NCBI GenBank assembly: GCA_043803945.1
Contig: JAZDJN010000018.1
Span: 27,657 to 91,656 of the forward strand
Direction of reading: 5' to 3'
Origin: a bacterium
GTDB lineage: Bacteria; Bacteroidota; Ignavibacteria; UBA10030
Length of the DNA: 64,000 bases
Shown: one piece after another, positions 1 to 9,114 of the stretch
Layout of the letters: each line of letters opens with the position of its first letter
Numbering within the stretch: the stretch's first letter is position 1
Position numbers and translations under genes: made by a program
Notes under the pieces: model-generated
Told to the model about the DNA's origin: nothing
What the model saw: only the letters and a program-made list of their open reading frames with translations
Databases searched by the model: none

Positions 1-304
1 TCCTATTGCCTTCGATGACAACAAATTTTTGTGCGTCGGGATTGCCGTGCCATGGACGCACAACAATTCTATCCATTGGAAGAAATCCTAGAGTTTTTAT
101 TGTATCTCTAAGCTCCGTGACTTCAAAATTCCCGCTTTTCATCCTCTCAAATGTATCACGCTGTACTCTATCCTCTGAAAATCGAATCTCTGGAACCACA
201 TCAACTGGTTCACCAAGCTCAGCAAAACGTGGATTGTTAGGATCCAATAACAGAGTATTTAAATTAACGCGTCTTGGTATCATAAGGCTATAAAGATTTT
301 GCAT
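1..304 (-). CDS. ParB/Srx-like N-terminal domain protein (partial, runs off window start)
   Basis: Not in ORF track. Manual translation from ATG at 304 (RBS AGAGG) gives MQNLYSLMIPRRVNLNTLLLDPNNPRF...LGFLPMDRIVV...KFVVIEGNR, with the LDPxNPRF and VIEGNR motifs typical of ParB-like nuclease domains in defence islands. Confidence 0.8.
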   Translation of the reverse strand, partial: MQNLYSLMIPRRVNLNTLLLDPNNPRFAELGEPVDVVPEIRFSEDRVQRDTFERMKSGNFEVTELRDTIKTLGFLPMDRIVVRPWHGNPDAQKFVVIEGNR

Positions 305-468
305 AATGTTCCTCTAATAAATTGTGAGTATTAATAAATTCTTTTGAGCACACCGTCAAATAACGTCTGGCACAAATTCAATAATATTATTATTCACAAA
401 GTGACCCTCGGTGATGCATTTGTTAGAAAGCGTTTGCGAGTCAACGCTCTGATAATTATTTCCCCTTC

Positions 469-1167
469 TCACTTTACTTTCCCGTGGTGATATCGCTGCC
501 ACGGTGTCTCTTTTGTGAGTTTATGAAGATGAGCGGCAACCCGGTTGTTTGAAATAACTGCTAAACGTATAATAAAGCCAAGATGATATTTAATTACTGA
601 CTTGTGAACCCTCTTCGTGGTTGAAACACGATGTGCAATACTGCCTCTCAAAGTAATTAGATCTGAAAGTTTCTTCTGTGACTTTTGAAAAGTCATATTA
701 AACCAGTGCCAGTTTTCAGACAAACGTGAATAGCCAATGAGGTTCTCAAATAGGTGGTCGATCATATCGGCGCGAGGTGTATTAAAATTGTTAATGTACC
801 GTCCAAGAGTCTCTTCCTTATGATCATTTAAGATTTTGATCCAACCTTTTCCAGCTAGCTTCCAAACCAAGCGCTCATCAGCAGCAGATTTCAATTCTTT
901 CGAAGCTAAGACTAAAATCTTGCTTGGGAATACATCGGGTTTCTTGGCTTTTACTAAAAGAAATTCAAAAGCAGCCTTACCGAGATCCTCAATATAGGCT
1001 TCCCAACATGCAACCAGAAGTACTACACAACTTTTATTGATTACTTCAACCTTAGATTTATAGCCAGGCTTTTTCCCAGATATCTGCTCATGGATATCAA
1101 GCAGCCTCCTTACTTCTTTTAGATTCTGGCGAAGGTTCTCTATGTGGGTGATGTGCTTGCTTATCAT
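469..1167 (-). CDS. HEPN domain protein (RiboL-PSP/MAE_28990-like), putative RNase
   Basis: 232 aa; N-terminal helix VVLLVACWEAYIED and an R-x4-H motif (RGSIAH). Confidence 0.75.
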   Translation of the reverse strand: MISKHITHIENLRQNLKEVRRLLDIHEQISGKKPGYKSKVEVINKSCVVLLVACWEAYIEDLGKAAFEFLLVKAKKPDVFPSKILVLASKELKSAADERLVWKLAGKGWIKILNDHKEETLGRYINNFNTPRADMIDHLFENLIGYSRLSENWHWFNMTFQKSQKKLSDLITLRGSIAHRVSTTKRVHKSVIKYHLGFIIRLAVISNNRVAAHLHKLTKETPWQRYHHGKVK

Positions 1168-1380
1168 ACGTTACACGAAAAAATATTTCTTACTCACCGT
1201 ATCGAAACAAACAGCAAACGATACCATAAAAACGAATTGACCTCATTCCATCTAAATCAGCATGAAATACAAAGAGCACCCATGGCTCCTCTTTGTAGTG
1301 AAAGACGGTCTACTATTATCCGTTCTACAGAACGGCATAATTGCCTATGCGTAATTTGCTTACTTTTTAGATCGAATCTC

Positions 1381-1453
1381 TTCGGTTGCGAAGGCGGCGC
1401 CTTCTCTCGGTGTGCATCATCCAACCAGTTCCCCCATCAAACGCTACATGATA
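1381..1453 (-). repeat. Copy A of ~70-bp direct repeat (conserved leader)
   Basis: TTCGGTTGCG...TTCTCTCGGTGTGCATCATCCAACCAGTTCCCCCATCAAACGCTACA; near-identical to 2362-2433. Confidence 0.9.
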
Positions 1454-1460
1454 CTCTGCA

Positions 1461-1489
1461 ACGTTAGCAGAATTGGGGGAGAATGTCAA
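1461..1489 (-). promoter_or_regulatory. sigma70-type promoter for leader A / HEPN-ParB
   Basis: Minus strand TTGACA-N17-TAACGT. Confidence 0.6.
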
Positions 1490-1647
1490 GAGAATGGAAA
1501 AGGAGAAGCAGGAAGTAGAAAGATTACAGAAGGCAGATTGCAGCAAGCAGACCGTAGAAAGCAATGTCCGCCACACTTTTTGGCGGAAACATGAGGTGTG
1601 AATCTGGCAGTGTTTGAGAGGGAAAATCTTTTCAATGCAGCTATAGA

Positions 1648-2169
1648 TTAATTGCTTTCCAGCCCGAATCCAATTGGGCGTCTCTTCGGCTCAGGAGGTT
1701 TCATAAGTTCGCGAATCGCTTCGAATACTATTTTAAATTGCACGTCATATTTTCTTTCTAATTCATTCAGCTTGTGAGCTAAGTTTTCATGCGTGGCAAG
1801 TATTTGACGCAGATGCACAAACGTACGCATGATTTCAATATTCACTCTGATTGCACGCTTACTCCTCAAGACGCTTGAAAGCATTGCGACTCCTTGCTCG
1901 GTAAACGCGTAGGGAATGGCTCTGCGAAGACCACCCCAACTTGAAGTCACAATCTGTGATTTCAACGTAAGGAACTCTTCCGAGGATAATTGGAACATAA
2001 AATCGATCGGAAAACGGTCAGCGTTTCGTTTCACTGCCTGAACCAACACGCGTGGCGCAACCTGGTATAATCGGGCCAGGTCTGTGCTGAGCATGACCTT
2101 CTCACCACGCAGGAAATAGATACGTTGTTCGATTCTTTCCTTCGATAAAATAGACTGTTTTGTTTTCAT
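1648..2169 (-). CDS. ORF6N domain DNA-binding protein
   Basis: [19 protein letters not shown]...VKRN..RFP.DFMFQLS...[18 protein letters not shown] and C-terminal RRPIGF, the typical ORF6N signature. Confidence 0.9.
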   Translation of the reverse strand: MKTKQSILSKERIEQRIYFLRGEKVMLSTDLARLYQVAPRVLVQAVKRNADRFPIDFMFQLSSEEFLTLKSQIVTSSWGGLRRAIPYAFTEQGVAMLSSVLRSKRAIRVNIEIMRTFVHLRQILATHENLAHKLNELERKYDVQFKIVFEAIRELMKPPEPKRRPIGFGLESN

Positions 2170-2361
2170 CGACGTTCATTGACCTCTCATTATTATCCTA
2201 TGGTGAGATCCGTTTCGCTGGATTCAACTGACCCTAATAAATCGCAGTTGCCTCTCCGTCCAATATGATATGGGCATATCGATTATGAACACTCTCCGGC
2301 TATATCTCCAGAGTGGTATAGAAATCTAAATGCTGTGTTTTTGTCTTTTGAGAATGATTTA

Positions 2362-2433
2362 TTCGGTTGCGCGGGTGTCAGTTTCTCTCGGTGTGCACCA
2401 TCCAACCAGTTCCCCATCAAACGCTACACGATG
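2362..2433 (-). repeat. Copy B of ~70-bp direct repeat (conserved leader)
   Basis: TTCGGTTGCG...TTCTCTCGGTGTGCACCATCCAACCAGTTCCCCATCAAACGCTACA. Confidence 0.9.
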
Positions 2434-2440
2434 CTGAATA

Positions 2441-2469
2441 ATGATAGGAGAAAACAAAGCCAATGTTAA
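2441..2469 (-). promoter_or_regulatory. sigma70-type promoter for leader B / ORF6N
   Basis: Minus strand TTAACA-N17-TATCAT, at the same distance from the repeat as in copy A. Confidence 0.55.
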
Positions 2470-2626
2470 GATCACCGCAACAGAGATCGTTAAGAAAGTT
2501 TTCTATAGTTACCCGGTTTGAAGGCTCTGGCCACCCGCGTTCGCGGGTGAAACACGTTCCTCTTTGGTTTTCATCTATTTTTTCTCTAAACTTTCGCCAA
2601 CAACATCAACTTGGAAAGGATGCCTC

Positions 2627-4759
2627 ATGCTTAAGCGCGTATTCATCATTTCACTTGTTCTCGTTTCTCTTCTCCTCCAGCTTATGCTTGCCGATGAGGG
2701 GATGTACCCCATCAGTGCGTTATTGAAACTCAACCTGAAAGCAAAAGGACTGAAGATCGATGTGAAAGACTTGTATAACCCTAAGGGCGGCAGCCTGATT
2801 GAAGCGATTGTTCACCTTGGCGGCTGCACCGGATCGTTCGTGTCGAAAGACGGATTGATCATTACCAATCATCATTGTGTATTCGGAGCCGTCTCCGCAA
2901 TCAGCACAGCGGAAAAAGACTACCTCACGAATGGTTTCCTCGCTAAAACCCGCACAGAGGAAATTGCCGCCCGGGGACTCACAGCCCGCATTACCGAACA
3001 GATTAAGGATGTCTCAAAAGAGGTGTTGACCGTAGTGAAGCCGGATATGGATCCGCTGGAACGATCGAAAGCCATTGAAAACAAGATCCGCGAGCTGACA
3101 ACACAGGGCGAGAAAGATCACCCCGGAAAAAGCATAAGCATCTCCGAGATGCTCGCAGGGAAGTCATATGTGATGTTCATTTCCACAATGCTTCGTGATG
3201 TGCGGTTGGTCTATGTTCCGCCCCGTGCCATCGGAGAGTTTGGCGGCGAGAATGATAACTGGGTCTGGCCGCGTCATACCGGTGACTTTTCTTTTGTTCG
3301 CGCTTACGTTGGACCGGATGGAAAACCTGCAGCTTACTCTGAAAAGAATGTCCCCTACAATCCCAAACGGCATTTGAAAGTCAATTCCAAAGGTGTTAAT
3401 GAAGAAGATTTTGTCTTCATCCTCGGCTATCCCGGCAGAACGTTCCGCCACCAAACGTCGTACTATATGGCCTACGAAGAACTGTTGCGTATGCCTTTCA
3501 TTGCCAACCTCTATGAGTGGCAGATCAACACAATGGAGGAACTGAGCAAGGTAAGCCGTGCCGTGGCATTGAAGCACGACTCCCGCATCAAGGGGCTCGC
3601 GAACACCATGAAGAATTACAAAGGAAAGATCGTCGGCATGAAGCGCATGCAGCTTGTTGCGAAGAAGGCCGAAGAAGAGAAGGCACTGCAGCTCTTTATT
3701 GAAGCCGATGCAAAACGGAAAGCGACGTACGGTACCGTGCTCGAGCAGGTCAAGAAGATTTACGACGAGATGTCCGCACATGCACAGTACGATCTGGTGC
3801 TTGACAACCTGGCAAGCTTGTTCCCATTCCGCACGGCAACGAGCGTCAACGAAGCTTCACAGCGTGCACAGGGACGCGATTCGTCCGGAGCACGCGGCGG
3901 CGGAAGGCGCGGGGGTGGAGGAGACACTTTTGCAGCCTATTATGAGAAAACTGAAAAACTTTTCCTGAAAAAATTGCTTTCGCTGGCGGCACAACTCCCA
4001 CAGAACGAACGTATTGCTCCCATTGATGAAGCACTGGGCGGGAATTTTTCAGAACAGGCCATTGACCAGTTCGTTGAGCAATCGTTTGCTGCAACAACGC
4101 TCTTTACCCCCGATGGCCTGTCCAATGCCATGGGAATGAAAGCAGAGGAACTTGAGAAGTTGAACGATCCATTCGTCAAGATTGCCAAAGGGCTTGCTCC
4201 TTTGTCACAAAAACTCCACGATGTTCGTTCGCGCCGAACCGCCGAGCTTTCAAAACTCTCCGCATTGCTCGTCGATGTGAAACAGCAATTTCTGAAGAAG
4301 GATTTTATCCCCGATGCCAATAGCACGCTCCGGTTTACCTTCGGGCACATTCGCGGTTATAGTCCCGCCGATGCAACATACTACGCACCGATCACCACTC
4401 TGAAGGGCGTTATCGAAAAGACCACTGGCGAGGAGCCCTTCGTCACCCCGCAGAAATCGCTTGAGTTGTATAAAGTAAAAGATTTCGGGCAGTTCAAACA
4501 TTCCAAACTCAATGATGTGCCGGTGGCAATCCTCTACGATATGGATACCACGGGTGGTAATTCCGGCAGTCCGGTGATGAATGCCAGGGGTGAACTGGTT
4601 GGCGTTAACTTCGATCGTGCATTCGAAGCAACCATCAACGATTATGCTTGGAGCGAATCGTACAGCCGTTCAATTGCCGTCGATATCCGGTACGTGCTTT
4701 GGGTAACCGAAAAGGTTGGTGGAGCAAAGTTTATACTAGAGGAGGTTGGCGTAAAGTAA
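2627..4759 (+). CDS. S46 family dipeptidyl peptidase (DPP7/DPP11-like)
   Basis: Signal peptide, then ADEGMYP, GGCTGSFVS..GL.ITNHHC and TTGGNSGSPV; start taken at ATG 2627 after an AGGA RBS. Confidence 0.93.
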   Translation: MLKRVFIISLVLVSLLLQLMLADEGMYPISALLKLNLKAKGLKIDVKDLYNPKGGSLIEAIVHLGGCTGSFVSKDGLIITNHHCVFGAVSAISTAEKDYLTNGFLAKTRTEEIAARGLTARITEQIKDVSKEVLTVVKPDMDPLERSKAIENKIRELTTQGEKDHPGKSISISEMLAGKSYVMFISTMLRDVRLVYVPPRAIGEFGGENDNWVWPRHTGDFSFVRAYVGPDGKPAAYSEKNVPYNPKRHLKVNSKGVNEEDFVFILGYPGRTFRHQTSYYMAYEELLRMPFIANLYEWQINTMEELSKVSRAVALKHDSRIKGLANTMKNYKGKIVGMKRMQLVAKKAEEEKALQLFIEADAKRKATYGTVLEQVKKIYDEMSAHAQYDLVLDNLASLFPFRTATSVNEASQRAQGRDSSGARGGGRRGGGGDTFAAYYEKTEKLFLKKLLSLAAQLPQNERIAPIDEALGGNFSEQAIDQFVEQSFAATTLFTPDGLSNAMGMKAEELEKLNDPFVKIAKGLAPLSQKLHDVRSRRTAELSKLSALLVDVKQQFLKKDFIPDANSTLRFTFGHIRGYSPADATYYAPITTLKGVIEKTTGEEPFVTPQKSLELYKVKDFGQFKHSKLNDVPVAILYDMDTTGGNSGSPVMNARGELVGVNFDRAFEATINDYAWSESYSRSIAVDIRYVLWVTEKVGGAKFILEEVGVK

Positions 4760-4954
4760 TTGATGTATGTTGATTTTCGATTGACTATGTCTGATTGACA
4801 GTTCAATGAAAGAACAAAACACCGATGACACTGATACAACGAGATTTTCACGGATTTTCTATCTGTGACAATCTCGTGCTTATTCTTAGTTATCTGTGTT
4901 CTAATGTCAAGGATAACTGATTATAATAATGACCGTCCGTTAGGAGAACCTATC

Positions 4955-6034
4955 ATGAAAAATCAAACACTCGTTCTTTTCACGCTTCTACTGTTCACTG
5001 TCAGCACCGGAGTCTTTGCCCAGGAACAGCAACGCGCAGCAGATCCCATTCAGGTTATTCAAAGTCAGTTCGAATCGCTCAACCACCGGCTCGACAGGCT
5101 TGAGAAGATGGTCGACGACGTTCTCTGGAATCATAACATCAGCGATGTTGCCTGGATGGATAAGGTGATACTCGTCGGCCCGCCGCCTGCCAGGGTAAAA
5201 AATCAGACAGCAATGGGAGCAAAGAATCCGGTGAGGATCTATGCCTATATCTTCATTCCAAAACAAATTGACCGGTCAAAGAAATATCCGCTCCTGCTTC
5301 TTCCACACGGCGGTGTCCATGGAAACTTCGGTACATATCACACACACATCATTCGCGAATGTATGGCGCAGGGGTACATTGTTGCGGCTCCGGAATATCG
5401 GGGCAGCAATGGATACGGACGCGATATGTACGAACAGATCGACTATGGTGGATTGGAGAATGAAGATAATAATGTCGTGCGCGATTACGCTGTCGATACC
5501 TACAATTTCGTCGACAGCGATCGGGTGGGCATTTTCGGCTGGAGTCACGGCGGGATGATTACACTCTTTGAGCTCTTCAATCATCCGGAAGATTACAAGG
5601 TTGGCTTTGCCGGTGTGCCGGTCAGCGACCTGGTGCAGCGTATGGGGTATGCAACCGACGAGTACCGAAAATTGATGTCGGCTCCCTATCATATCGGAAA
5701 AACAGCCCGGGAAGATGTCAACGAGTACCGAAAACGCTCGCCGGTCAACCACGTCGAAAAACTTAAGACACCGCTGCTTATTCACTCCAACACCAACGAT
5801 GACGATGTCTATGTGCTGGAAGTGGAGCATCTGGTTGAAGCCCTGAAGGCCGCAGGCAAGAAATTCGAGTACGAAATATTTAAAGAAATGCCGGGCGGAC
5901 ACAGCTTCGACCGAATTGATATTCAATCGTCACGAGAGATTCGCTTGAAAATCTATACGTTCCTGGCTGAATACCTGAAGCCGCCGTTCCCTCTAAAATC
6001 AGTCGATGCATTGATTAAAGCAGGATACCGTTAG
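4955..6034 (+). CDS. S9 family (prolyl oligopeptidase-like) serine peptidase, secreted
   Basis: Signal peptide, HGG motif, GWSHGG nucleophile elbow, DDDV Asp and GGHSF His; RBS AGGAG. Confidence 0.88.
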   Translation: MKNQTLVLFTLLLFTVSTGVFAQEQQRAADPIQVIQSQFESLNHRLDRLEKMVDDVLWNHNISDVAWMDKVILVGPPPARVKNQTAMGAKNPVRIYAYIFIPKQIDRSKKYPLLLLPHGGVHGNFGTYHTHIIRECMAQGYIVAAPEYRGSNGYGRDMYEQIDYGGLENEDNNVVRDYAVDTYNFVDSDRVGIFGWSHGGMITLFELFNHPEDYKVGFAGVPVSDLVQRMGYATDEYRKLMSAPYHIGKTAREDVNEYRKRSPVNHVEKLKTPLLIHSNTNDDDVYVLEVEHLVEALKAAGKKFEYEIFKEMPGGHSFDRIDIQSSREIRLKIYTFLAEYLKPPFPLKSVDALIKAGYR

Positions 6035-6268
6035 AAAACAGGTAGACGGTAAAAGGGAGAAGGGAGATGGAAAAAGTAAATAGAAAACCGTTGAGGGAAA
6101 GAAGATAGAGGAAAGAAGAAATACTCTTTCCTGGGAGGGAGCTTTGTTCCTGAACTTAGTGAACTTTCGCGGACTAAAATAATATTTATTAAGTTTTTCT
6201 TGGCGTCTTGGCGGCATTTTTGTTACTACGAAAACCGCATACAAGCCAACAGAGGAAGGAGTCACATA

Positions 6269-7231
6269 ATGATCGAAGAAATTAAAGCCCGCCAGCTCAA
6301 TACCAAACAATTCATTAAAGAACAAATTTCCCAGATCAAAGAGATTGTTGGCGATGGCCTTGCTCTCAACGCCTTATCGGGCGGTGTGGACTCATCGACC
6401 GTAACGATGCTCGGCCATAAAGCACTCGGGAAACAGCTTAAAACAGTCTTTATTAATAACGGCATCATGCGGGAAGGAGAGCCCGATCAGGTTGTCGGAT
6501 TTTTCAAGAAGCTCGGTGTTACAGTTGAGGTCATCGATGCACAACAGGAATTCTTCGCTGCACTTAAAGGCATCACAGATCCCGAGCAGAAACGTGAAGC
6601 TATTACCCAGACATTTTACAAGCATGTGTTCGGGCGTATTGTTAAAGAGAGCGGTGCAAAATTCCTTCTCCAGGGTACTATTCTCACCGACGTCGACGAA
6701 ACAGTGGCCGGGATCAAGCGCCAGCATACTGTCTTTGAACAGCTTGGCATTGATCCGCAAGAGGCATTCGGGTACGGTATTCTTGAACCATTAATTCAAC
6801 TGCGCAAAGACGGCGTACGGAAGCTTGGGAAATCTCTCGGCCTTCCGGCTGCACTCTTCAAACGGATTCCGTTTCCGGGTCCCGCTCTTGCTGCCCGCGT
6901 GATCGGCGAGGCCACACTCGAACGGATCGAAACGGTCCGCAATGCAACAGTCATTGTTGAACGATTACTGAAGCATACCAAGGCGTTCCAGTACATGGCT
7001 ATCCTTCACGATGACCGCGTTACCGGTATGCGCGACGGCAAGCGTGATTTCGGTATGCAGATTGAGATCCGCTGCTGGAACAGCACCGATGCACGCGCCG
7101 CAACACCGACACGGCTTCCCTATCCTATTCTTGAAAAGCTTTCAGGGGAAATCCTCCGCAAGGTCTCTGGCGTTGTCAGCGTGACGTACAATATCGCAAC
7201 GAAGCCGCCTTCAACCATTGAAGCAGTGTAA
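6269..7231 (+). CDS. GMP synthase ATP-pyrophosphatase subunit (GuaA subunit B-like, no glutaminase domain)
   Basis: ALSGGVDS PP-loop, DPEQKR, LQGT, PFPGPALAARV and C-terminal KPPSTIE. Confidence 0.85.
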   Translation: MIEEIKARQLNTKQFIKEQISQIKEIVGDGLALNALSGGVDSSTVTMLGHKALGKQLKTVFINNGIMREGEPDQVVGFFKKLGVTVEVIDAQQEFFAALKGITDPEQKREAITQTFYKHVFGRIVKESGAKFLLQGTILTDVDETVAGIKRQHTVFEQLGIDPQEAFGYGILEPLIQLRKDGVRKLGKSLGLPAALFKRIPFPGPALAARVIGEATLERIETVRNATVIVERLLKHTKAFQYMAILHDDRVTGMRDGKRDFGMQIEIRCWNSTDARAATPTRLPYPILEKLSGEILRKVSGVVSVTYNIATKPPSTIEAV

Positions 7232-7256
7232 AAGGACGGAGAGGGAAGGAACCGAC

Positions 7257-8561
7257 ATGCAGAGTATCAATAATGTTCGCACAATGTACGAGCAACAGAG
7301 TCATAACAAACGAATGTCCATGGTATGCTTCGTTGGTATTGTGCTGCTGTTCGCTTCATTTGGCCTTACCTTCGACCTTCAGACACTGTCACTGAGTATT
7401 CACGGGGCAACGATTCCTTTCCCTGTCATTCCTCCTCTTGCAGCCCTTTTCCTCTATCTTCTCTGGAGTTCCATTCACACAATGCGGGGGAGAAGCTGGT
7501 ATTCATTCAGGGATACCGACAACGTAGAAGAAATTCAAATGACGAACTCTGCCAAATTCATTGGATTTCTTATTCTCTTGACCGGTCTTGCTTTCTATGG
7601 AATCTACACGCTTGCTTTGTGGATACTTGCTCCCGGCAGTCACTTCATTCGTTACGAGGTTCCGATAGGAAACACCTTCCCGTTCGTTACGCTCTTCGGT
7701 GCTGCGTTCTCGGGATTTTATATCGCCAAAGCGTTAGCGATCGGGCCAGAGATGATTTTCCAATCTTACCGGGTCAGACGTATCAATGAGGAAAACGACC
7801 GTGAGCACCGGCTGCTTCATATTGCAGACGAGATGAGTATCGCCGCCGGTATTTCCCGGCCTGCACTCTTTATCATTGAAGATACAACGCCAAACGCCTT
7901 TGCTGTCGGGATCGATCCTTCTGAAAGCTCCATTGTCCTCACCACCGGGCTCCTGACGATCCTTAACCGCAGCGAACTTCAGGGTGTGATCGCACACGAG
8001 GTGAGCCACATCAAAAACCATGATGTGCGGCTAATGACGATCATCACGGTTCTTTACGGATCTCTTCTTCTCTTTGCAAACTGGTCACGCAGCGGTGCTC
8101 CCTTCGGCGGAAGTATGGTTCGGCAGCGCGCACCGCTGCTAAAAGGATTTGGAGGAATCATTCTTTCAGTTATTGGCATCGTCACCAGTATTTTTGCGCC
8201 GCTGATTGTCCGCTTACTTGCACTTGCTATTTCGCGGCAACGTGAATATCTCGCCGATGCCACAGCGGCCGAGTTAACACGAAATCCCGAACCGCTTTCC
8301 AACGCTCTTCTTAAATTGGAGCGGGGCAGCCGCGTAGCAAATTTGATGTACCGGGGTATTGCTCATTTATGTATCGTCGATCCTCTTCAAAGAAACTTTA
8401 CTGCACGAGAGGGTTTCCTTGCCGATTGGTTCTCAACGCATCCTCCCACAAAAAACCGGATCATTTTCCTCGACGCGTTAACACAGCGGTACCGTGAAGC
8501 CGGAGAATTACAGGAGACCAAAGAGCAGCCTGTGGATGAGTTCAACAACGAGGTGTTTTAA
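7257..8561 (+). CDS. htpX: HtpX-like M48 membrane zinc metalloprotease
   Basis: PNAFA, TTGLL, AHEVSH (HExxH), SRQREYLAD and FSTHPP; extra N-terminal TM segments. Confidence 0.85.
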   Translation: MQSINNVRTMYEQQSHNKRMSMVCFVGIVLLFASFGLTFDLQTLSLSIHGATIPFPVIPPLAALFLYLLWSSIHTMRGRSWYSFRDTDNVEEIQMTNSAKFIGFLILLTGLAFYGIYTLALWILAPGSHFIRYEVPIGNTFPFVTLFGAAFSGFYIAKALAIGPEMIFQSYRVRRINEENDREHRLLHIADEMSIAAGISRPALFIIEDTTPNAFAVGIDPSESSIVLTTGLLTILNRSELQGVIAHEVSHIKNHDVRLMTIITVLYGSLLLFANWSRSGAPFGGSMVRQRAPLLKGFGGIILSVIGIVTSIFAPLIVRLLALAISRQREYLADATAAELTRNPEPLSNALLKLERGSRVANLMYRGIAHLCIVDPLQRNFTAREGFLADWFSTHPPTKNRIIFLDALTQRYREAGELQETKEQPVDEFNNEVF

Positions 8562-8689
8562 CGCAGTATAGTGAATTGTGCGTAACCTCTCACCATCTTT
8601 ATCCGTAATGACCTGATAGTAGCTCTGCCGAATATTGATGTTCTGACGATAGTACGTCTTCATTGTATACTACAACAAAAGGAATCCCT

Positions 8690-8980
8690 ATGACCAAACG
8701 AGTCCTTATACTTATGTTATTGGTAGTTTGTGTTTTGATACTCTCCGGATGTTTCCCCCGTGAGGGCGGAAAGACGGAGCGGGAACCCGCAGGATTCTTC
8801 ACCGGCATCTGGCATGGCTGGATTGCTCCGATCTCCCTTATCGCTGGATTATTCAATCAGGACATTCGGATCTACGAAACAATCAATACCGGCTGGTGGT
8901 ACGACTTCGGGTACTATATAGCGATCATTGCCGGGTTTGGTGGAATTGCGCTTTCGCGAAAGAAGAAGAAAGAAAACTAG
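8690..8980 (+). CDS. Small membrane lipoprotein (PAGFFxGxWHG family)
   Basis: Lipobox LSGC; PAGFFTGIWHGWIAP...IYE..NTGWWYDFGY motif. Confidence 0.7.
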   Translation: MTKRVLILMLLVVCVLILSGCFPREGGKTEREPAGFFTGIWHGWIAPISLIAGLFNQDIRIYETINTGWWYDFGYYIAIIAGFGGIALSRKKKKEN

Positions 8981-9114
8981 AGACGTTGACAAGAAACTTC
9001 AATCTATATGAAGTGAGGGCGCTGTATCTTCCTGCCCCATTAAAAGACAAAACCCACATCTGATGCGTCTATGTCTCTAGTTCGTCACCATGGTTAATTC
9101 GTCACTGCTATATT

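Noticed and set aside
6-293. 95-aa plus-strand ORF
   Set aside because: Shadow of the ParB-like gene on the minus strand, which has an RBS and family motifs.
1381-2433. Direct repeats as a CRISPR array or as att sites of an ORF6N element
   Set aside because: Only two copies ~1 kb apart, with no cas or integrase genes; both are tied to promoters, which favours a leader function.
3860-3925. Gly/Arg-rich insert in the S46 peptidase
   Set aside because: In-frame low-complexity loop with no repeat or mobile-element features.
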